From: Chrysomallon squamiferum
Lineage: Eukaryota; Animalia; Mollusca
NCBI GenBank assembly: GCA_012295275.1
Contig: CM022672.1
Location: forward strand, 2,232,001-2,296,000
Direction of reading: 5' to 3'
DNA length: 64,000 bases
Shown here: in pieces, positions 55,058 through 64,000 of the stretch
How positions within the stretch are numbered: position 1 is the stretch's first letter
How the letters are laid out: each line of letters opens with the position of its first letter
The notes under the pieces: generated by a model
Database searches by the model: none
What the model saw: only the letters and a program-made list of their open reading frames with translations
Told to the model about the DNA's origin: nothing
Translations under genes and position numbers: made by a program

Positions 55058-56584
55058 AGGTTCAAGGTTCTAGTTCAGTCAGTTCACTGTAAACAGCATT
55101 AAGACTGAGGCTTCTCTAATACAGAGATACACTGATCTTTATTCGGCTATAGGTAAAATGGATTTCTAGATAGAGGAGTGGAAATGATCATTATTAAAGC
55201 TTTCTTTACTGTTAACAGTATTACAATAATTTTTACGTTCTTGAGGACGAAAAGAAATATTTCTCGAACTAGATTATTATTATTCTTACAACAAAAATTG
55301 TTAATTATACTTAATTCATATGACATACATAACTTATAAGGAATCTCTTACTACAGTACATAAATACTTATTTCGCTTTGTCTTAGTTACGTTTAAAACA
55401 TTGTGCCGAGTAACTTTCACTATAACCACTATGCCATTATATGTTAGTGCTATTTTATAAAAAGCCCTCAATCAACAAAATTAATACAGCAAATAAGAAC
55501 AAACTAACAGAAAAAAAGAGTAAAAAATGAACGAATATAATTAAAATAAAATATCTACAAAGAAATTCATTAGACATTTTTGTTTACGTTATTTCCAAAG
55601 AACATTATAATCATAAAAAAAAAATATTATTTTGGTAATCTTCGTATCAATAGCTGATTCAACAATTAAGTTGTCTTTGATATAGACCGTTCGCTATTAT
55701 TATAGATCATTCGTAATAATTGCAAATTATTGTCACAGCGCAGGAAAATCATATTATGACTTTATATGTCGGATCCATAGCTAACTATGATTATTACACA
55801 AACTGAAGAAAATGCACATTATCATATTGCAGTTTCAGATGTACTAAATTCTATGTTTTCTGATGTTTTTTATGACAAAGTTTATGCTGGAGTTAGGATA
55901 AAATTTGAATTAGCGATGGAAGATTTGAGAAATAGCATTTCTCTGCACGGAACAAGAAACTATAGCTTTCTTTGGTTATACTAAGCCCGTCACCCCCCCC
56001 CGCCCCCAAAAAAAAGACACAAAAGCTGTGAATTGTGCGCTGAAAGAATTGCTAGTACTCAGTATCTATAACAAAATACCAAAAATATTATACAAGTATT
56101 TGGAAAAAAAGAAATATTAAATAAAAGAAGATATTTAAGATATGAGAAGAAACTTTATAGTCTACATTAACCAGTAAAGGATCTTTTAAATATATTTTCT
56201 CTCAGTGGGGGAAGTGTACATGGCTATTACATAACTAGACTAGTGAGAACTCTGCCAAGGCGAGTGCAAAATTAATGATCCTTTGCTTTTAACAGAAAAA
56301 GTCCATTATCTCTCTCTGTCTGCGATTCTTAATCATACGTTAACACGAAATATAAGCATACATAAAAAAAATATGTCTAATGCAACGATAAATAAAAGAA
56401 TTCTGATATTTAGCTGTAGAATCACCAGACACGTAAATGACCATATAATTAAGTAGTCATTAGCGAAAGAAAGCTCTTTCTTTGAATAACTGTTGTAATA
56501 ATAATAATAATAATATCTACCTGTGTTGTCTAGGTTGCTTTAAGAAAGCACAGACAGGAATTCTAAAGATCTTAATAAAGGATA

Positions 56585-58461
56585 ATGAAAGGTTTTCTGC
56601 CTAAACGTCTATACTTTGTCATTTCCTCTGTAATCGAAACATGCATTTGCTGTTTATGGATTTTCTCCTATCGCTGTACAAACATCACTTACTCGATGCC
56701 ACGATTAAGTAACATTCAATTATAAAAATCCGTTAATGTTTGCAAAAACAATAAGTGGAGCTTCGTTTTGTCGTAACAGAACAATAACAAGTCGGTGATC
56801 CATCACTGTTTATTTATCCGTTTGTGCATTAAACATAAACCAACAAACAAACCAGTAAAGTTAGATTAACAAAATTAATACTCGGAATTGTGGAAAAGCA
56901 TTTCCTTTAAAATCTGACAGATTTATTTCAAAGTAGAGATCCATATCAGCTTATACATTCGTCACTGAAACACAGAACGTCTCGGACAACAAGAAGTCTC
57001 GTCAAGTTAGAAGATAAAAATCGGTTCAAGAGATTTTAGAACGGATTTCTTTCAAAACAAAAACAACAGAATTCTGTATTGGAAATTGTGAAAAAAGGAG
57101 TTTTCATGACGGTGATCCAGATATCTTTACCCATTTTGTTATTAGATACGAAGGTTCAAATACAATAGGAGATTACATCACGTTAGATAACACAATCCAG
57201 AACTAGAAACTACAATGAATATTCTTGAAAATTTAGCAGTTCTTGTTCGTTTGCTGGTGGAATTACTCTGGTATAGGTATGTATGTATTACTGAATCCTT
57301 TTGAAATAAATATATCACTAATTTTTTTAATAAATAATTTGAACAACAGCAATATTTAAACTACTGATTACTTTTATATCATTTTATTTAAGTTACATAA
57401 GAATCTATATACAATGCAGGGTACCTTGATTATTTTTTTCACTTAATTCATTAATTGATATGTACTATCAGGCTACAGCATACTTTTAGATACACCTAGT
57501 GAAAAACAGAATAATATTCGAAAAAAAAAATAATTTCTAAAAATATTCTCCAATTTTTCAATTTTGATCATGTAATAATAATATATATATTTTTATTTTA
57601 TTTTTTTATTTTTTTTTTTTTTTGTACACATTATATCGCTATCAAGTACCATGTTTAAATTAAGTAATTTCGTTTCCAGGGAATTAGCACAACATACAGT
57701 TCCTGCCAAGTCTTGCCTAAAACTACATTCAGATATAACGTGCAGTGAAAGCTCTGTGTTTCGCACAGCGGACGGGACCTGTAACAATCTGAGAAATTCT
57801 TTGTGGGGAGCGGCAAATCAGCCGTTCCCTCGACTCCTTCTTCCCAAATATGACTCAGGTTTGTTTTACATCTCATACAACCGATATAAATGTCGTTGTG
57901 CTGTGTTATTCAACACAGTATGATATAATCGTATTATGATATGGTACGATGCAACACAAACCAATACAATACAATACAGTAAAGTATGATACAATATAAT
58001 ACGGTACTATACGATAGCATCGCATAGCATCTCATCGTACAGCATAGCATAGCATAGCATAGCATAGCATAGCGTAGATACCATATCAATCAACGGACAT
58101 AAATGTTACGGAAATAACAGCACATGAGAAAAATATATGAAGACAATGGGAAAAAGTAACACACATACACATACATATGTGTGTACCCACGCCAGCATGC
58201 ATTCATACACACACCTTTCTACACATGAATGCACAAGTCATATAATTTTATCTCTGTAGTGTCAGTGAATATTTCTGTTCCGCGCATTCGAGGCAGGAAC
58301 GGCGCCTACTTACCCAGTGCTCGCCTAGTCAGTGAAAAGCTGCACGGCTCAGACTCCAGTCAGTCTGCTTTGAAACAGTTCACCAACATGCACCAGACGT
58401 GGGGACAGTTTCTGGATCATGATCTCAGCCATACACCAAAGTCTGAAAGTTAGTTTTAAAC

Positions 58462-58556
<95 letters not shown>

Positions 58557-59300
58557 CTGTCGGTATGTCTATCAATCTGTTGATCTGTCAGTCTATCTGT
58601 CTATCAGTCTGTATACTGATCTGTCTATCGACATATGTAATATATGTATACAAAAAAAAAAAAAAAAAAAAACACCTCCTGGATAAGCGTAAACACCTGT
58701 AGAAAACTGAAACGAACCCGTTCAGAATATATCTAAATATCTAAAACAAACAGAACATATTAATTCATTACTTTATGAGTATATAGGTTTCTTTTATTGT
58801 TGTTATTGTTATCTAGCTTTTGATACATTTTAACCGAGATTATCATCCTCATTGTTGTTGTTGATCTTGTTTCTTCTTCTTTTTCACACTTGTAGACGCA
58901 ATTGACTGCTGTGAAAAGTTTAACAAATACCAACAATCTGTTACTACGTATAACGAAGGAAAGTAAGTAAAATGTCTCTGTCCTGACTTAGAATTAAAAA
59001 AACAACAACAAATAAACAAACAAAAATACAGCAACAATTAAAAAAAAAGAAAAAATGTATTGCAGTAATAAAGAACATTTGTTATCCAGTGCAATTATAA
59101 TTCGTTCTATGCTGATTAAGCTCGCTGTGTTTGAAGGGCATCCTCTCCCACGTGTTACATACCTGAAAACAACAAAGGTCAGGGCTGAGTGAACTGCTAG
59201 TCACGTGCATTTTAGCTATCATGCAATAATGGACTCACCTTCACAGTTGTTACATAATCAGCTTAGGGCATAATTACAATTAAGAAAAAAGAACAAAAAA

Positions 59301-59331
<31 letters not shown>

Positions 59332-59901
59332 AATAAATATGTATATATATATATATATATATTCACATCCATTTATTATACATTCCCTCCCTAACAAGGA
59401 ATAATATTAATTACTATATCACATTTAGTACACGTGAACGATGAACGTAGCAGTAGGGCATGTATTAGTGTTACAGCACATATCAGTACATACAGATAAT
59501 ACAAGACGAATCCCACTATCACGTGACCTGCACACCCAGTATTGTGTTAATCTGATTTCTGTTTTTTAAAAGTAAAAACAAAAACATCTTGTGTGCCTAG
59601 CAGTCGGAGAGAAAATTTGTTGTGAGTCTTTATCGCAACATAATAATATAAAAGCCATTTAGGAAAACTGAAAATTGAGATTTAAAGGAGAGGTATATAA
59701 ATAATATAAATTAATATTAGTACATGTGTACTAAATATACAACTGTATCAGTTTCATAAGAACATAAAATATATTAATAATGGTACCATGTATAAAAAAA
59801 AAAAAAAAAAATTGTGTATACTAGAAGATATTTTTCAAGTTTGAAAAATAGTTAATATCATCGTTATTATACTACTTAAAAAAATAAAATAAAAAATAAA
59901 A

Positions 59902-59935
<34 letters not shown>

Positions 59936-60875
59936 CATATATCTATATATATATCATATAAAAAGCTACGTGAGATTATTAGATATTGAAATCAAATGTT
60001 AAAATCACAGCAGTGACTCAAGCTTTCTCCCTGTATTTAAATTATATATCATTTGTTCCATACGTATTTGTATCAAATCCTTAGTTTACTGTCTGTATGT
60101 ATATATGTGTGTATGTATGTATGTATATGTGTGTGTATATGTATGTATGTGTATATGTATGCATATTTTTATGTATGTATATGTATATGTATATAGGTAT
60201 GTATGTAACTATCTATTCATGTTTGTATATTTAATTCTTGCAGCGAACCAAGCTTTCCTATACCTATTCCATCAAACGACAGATATTTCCGTAACAAGAC
60301 TTGCATGAATTTTGTACGATCGCAGCACTTTCCATGTCCAGGAGGTAAATGTACTGTACTCAGTCTGTTGGGATTTTTATAACGCCAGATGTCACCGCAT
60401 GATTGATTTATAAAGAAATTGCTTTCTTGGCTATGGGTCGGTACATATTTAAAGAAACTTGCTACTAATTGGTAAGAGTAACCTATTAAGTGTTATAGCA
60501 CATTGCATCGCAGTAACTGACAATTAACCCTTAATATTATAATGTGAATCTGTCATTAAAAAAATATTAATTCATTTCTTTTGTTTACTTAGCAAACACG
60601 TTTGTTGTAAGTGTGATATAACAGGCTTCATTTTCAGTATCCGATTAGAATCAAAATGATGTCGCAGAGAAGATATTATTGCTCTGTTGATCTGTTTTAT
60701 TATTATTTTCAGCGGCTTGGCAACAAATGAACATAATGACATCTTACATAGACGCATCAATGGTTTATGGAGCTGATCTTCAAACACAGAATAGTTTAAG
60801 AACGCTTACCGATGGCATGAATTTTAATATATTCAAAAGAAATGAATGACAGTTTTGTTCAGATCTGTGTTTTTT

Positions 60876-60960
<85 letters not shown>

Positions 60961-61331
60961 TCTTTCTTTCTCTCTTTCTCTTTCTCGAAAACAAACATAG
61001 CAATATAAAACAAAGAAACAAAGATACAAAAATGAAAAAATAAATAAATAAAATAAAAAACAGAACAAAAAACAAACAAAAAAAACAACAACGAAGAAAA
61101 TCAAAACAAAACAAAGCCCTTTCGTTTTACTGACTAATGGTAATTATTATTGTTGTTATTCAAAATGATAATTACAGGTATGTTGCGGACAACAAAAGAA
61201 GATCTGTTACCTAACACCACTAACGCTCAGTGTCAAACAATAATGATGGTTCAACCAAAACAACAAAAGCTCACTTGCTTTAACACAGGTATTTTTAAAA
61301 CCCATTGTCATCACTAATATTATTGCGCTTC

Positions 61332-61366
<35 letters not shown>

Positions 61367-62847
61367 AAATATAAAAATCATAATTAAAGGAAAAAACATA
61401 AAACAAATAAATGTATAAAGATAAATATTTATACATTTTATGCTAATTCAAACATTGTACTAGTATATTATAAATAATACTGATTATAAAGCTTAGCAGT
61501 TTGCTTGCTCTTACAAACACACATATATATATATATATATATATGTATATTTAATATGTGTACCATACATAAAAACAGCTATACAGATAATCAGATAAAA
61601 CTATAACAGATTACAGAATTATGTTAATGCAGTGAAAATATTTGATATTAATTGATAATAGTTTCTTCAGGGGACATCCGAGCAAGCGAACACCCAGCCT
61701 TGTCAACTCTTCACATCGTCTTCGTCAGACTTCACAACGTCATCGCAGGGCAGCTTAAGACTTTCAACACCGACTGGAACGACGGAAGACTTTTCCAGGA
61801 ATCGAGAAAGATCGTTGGAGCCATTGTCCAGATTATTACCTACAAAGAATTTCTTCCGCTGCTTCTCGGCGATTCTGCTATGAAGCAGTTTAACCTTGAC
61901 TACAATTCTTCTTACAGTTACGAAGACACAAGAGATGCGACGATACTAAACGAATTTGCTTCGGCTGCTTTTAGATACGGGCATTCGCAGGTTCCGTCAA
62001 GCTATACGATTGGCAAAGACAGCATCCCTCTGCAGGATATGTTCAACAGGCCGTCGTTTATTCAGAGGGATCCTGACAAGGTTAACGGCATCTTGCACGG
62101 TTTACTCAAAGACGTGTCGCAGAAAGCCGACAGATTCTTCAGTCTTGGAATTACTGATCATCTGTTTGAGCAAATGAATGACAGTCTGTCAGGTACATTA
62201 TGTTATTCTGCAATCTCTTTTCTTGTAATAATATAGTTTTTGATTAAAATACATATAATACATACTGTCAAATCTCAGCAGCCATTATTTTGGTTAATTT
62301 CGATATCAGATGCAGAAACATAACAATGCCACAAAGGACATATTATTTCTCTTTTGATCCACTGTCATTTTGTTTTTCGAATCTTTTACTGGAAAGTCGT
62401 ATTCATTTTAATGCACAGAATACGTTCTTCACGTTGTAGTAGCTGACTTAAAGTTAAATAATTATTTTTGTGTATTAGAGATATAAAACAAATACTTAAT
62501 AAAGAAACACACTTTCTATACAGGACTGAAGCCGATAACAAGACATGATTGTTTTTTTCAGGTTTAGATTTAGCTGCCATCAACATTCAACGTGGACGAG
62601 ATCACGGTCTGCCTCCGTACAACGACTACAGAGAAAAATGTGGACAACCACGAATCAGACAACCAGGAACTAACCTCAGCAATGATCAAAAACGGTGCAA
62701 AAGTTTCTTAGTGTTTACAGGTAGGATTTATAATTATGTAATATAAATTTATATTTTTGCATCTAGGAATGTATGTTTATATTATGAATTTTAGGATTTG
62801 AATATTCTCTGCCTTATGTAAGTCATCTATGAATGTATATATATACA

Positions 62848-62883
<36 letters not shown>

Positions 62884-63569
62884 TGTATGTATGTATGTAT
62901 GTATGTATGTATCATATTATATTCATGCATACAAACGTGCATCTTTGTGAATAAATCCAAGTGCATATCTATCTCTGTATTATGTGTACATGGTTTATAA
63001 TAGTTATATTACATAAACAGCTTGGAAATATTAAAGATGGTGATTCACATAACAACAAGAAGGATGTCTCTCAGATTGTACATAATAAATAGCATCATAA
63101 ATATAAACACAGCCCATAAGATTTGAAAAACCAATAAACGATATCGGGCATACATATAATTTTGAGGTGAACTAATAATATTGGAATATTTGTTCTTAAC
63201 CTGAAGCGCATTTCATACACTGATTCAGACAGAAGCGACTGCTAACCGGGTTCATGGACAAGTCAGTTCAGTTTTATTATCAGTCATTAAATTGGAAAGA
63301 ATGTCTTATAATGCATGTTTGAATAAAAACAGCAGAACTAGGTCGGGTAGTAAGAGATCGGGAAGTTACATTCCTTGCTTGTAATTTATTATAATATATA
63401 TATAAATACCTTTAAAATTAATATATTTCAGTTTAATTTAAGTATCTTCGCAGCTTACATACACATGGATAGATCTAAAGTTTTTGTATCTAATATGAAA
63501 ATTTACGTATTTATAAATATAAATTTACTGTTACATGAATAACTGAATATAATCGCACATAGATTAAAT

Positions 63570-63650
<81 letters not shown>

Positions 63651-63923
63651 GCAAGATGACATAAACAAAAATACACGTTTGTTTTGAAAGTAATAGTTAC
63701 AATCACTGAAAATCTAATTTAAAGTTGATATATTTTTTCATTGATTATAACAGCCACATAGACGATGTCGACCTCTTCACAGGATCACTGTCAGAGACAC
63801 CTGTTTCTGATGCCATGATTGGCCCAACTTTCATTTGCATTATAGCCGACTGTTTCCGCAGCTTAAAGTTTGGAGATCGTTTCTGGTACCAAAACAGAAA
63901 AGGCGTTGCTGCTTTTACATCAG
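56585..63923 (+). CDS. Animal heme peroxidase copy 2 (tandem paralogue); 3' end beyond window, 5' end uncertain, apparent frameshifts
   Basis: Core exons 57680-57858 ([10 protein letters not shown]), 58260-58448 (WGQFLDHDL), 58896-58962, 60244-60344, 60713-60814 (GC donor), 61178-61288, 61671-62192 ([15 protein letters not shown]), 62562-62720 (NIQRGRDHG; 1 nt short), 63754-63923 (GDRFWY). Intron positions match copy 1. Putative 5' exons 56585-56708 and 56921-57276, or an alternative start at 57215. Confidence 0.85.
58014..58075. repeat. (ATAGC)n pentanucleotide repeat; (ATCT)n/(GTCT)n at ~58465-58550
   Basis: Direct reading. Confidence 0.9.
59093..59281. mobile_element. Palindromic MITE-like element in a peroxidase 2 intron
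   Basis: AATTATAATT..GCTGATTAAG..CTGTG..GAAGG is mirrored by CCTTCACAG..CATAATCAGC..AATTACAATT. Confidence 0.4.
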
Positions 63924-64000
63924 GTGAACATGGAATAAATTGCCTAATAATTTATATGCGAAATACATCATTTATTTTGGTATATCAACATAATATTCTA

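Overview
Very AT-rich, microsatellite-rich eukaryotic (animal) genomic DNA with spliceosomal introns. It is most consistent with a mollusc, but that is an inference from protein families and SINE-like repeats. Manual splicing gives seven protein-coding genes, all predicted secreted or membrane-anchored: (1) a GPI-type melanotransferrin-like gene (minus, 14 coding exons, ~762 aa); (2) a signal-peptide-bearing ferritin-like gene (minus, 5 exons, 248 aa), most of whose ferritin exons are missing from the ORF track; (3) an NXPE-family SGNH protein (plus); (4) a small orphan secreted-peptide gene (minus, 35.7-39.7 kb) absent from the ORF track; (5) an orphan secreted protein built of three exon-encoded LR[NS]L[LM]D[LI]D repeats (plus, 210 aa); (6,7) two tandem animal heme peroxidases (plus; the second runs off the window). 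Main points of interest: both iron proteins have lost most canonical iron ligands; a 45-bp minisatellite has multiplied the ferritin exon-2 splice acceptor six times in frame; and orphan secreted proteins sit directly beside the peroxidases, suggesting an extracellular matrix, sclerotisation or biomineralisation cluster. Several 1-nt homopolymer frameshifts look like assembly errors. Also present: a Tigger/pogo remnant, MITE-like elements and SINE-like repeats. Exon coordinates were read by eye and need RNA-seq confirmation.
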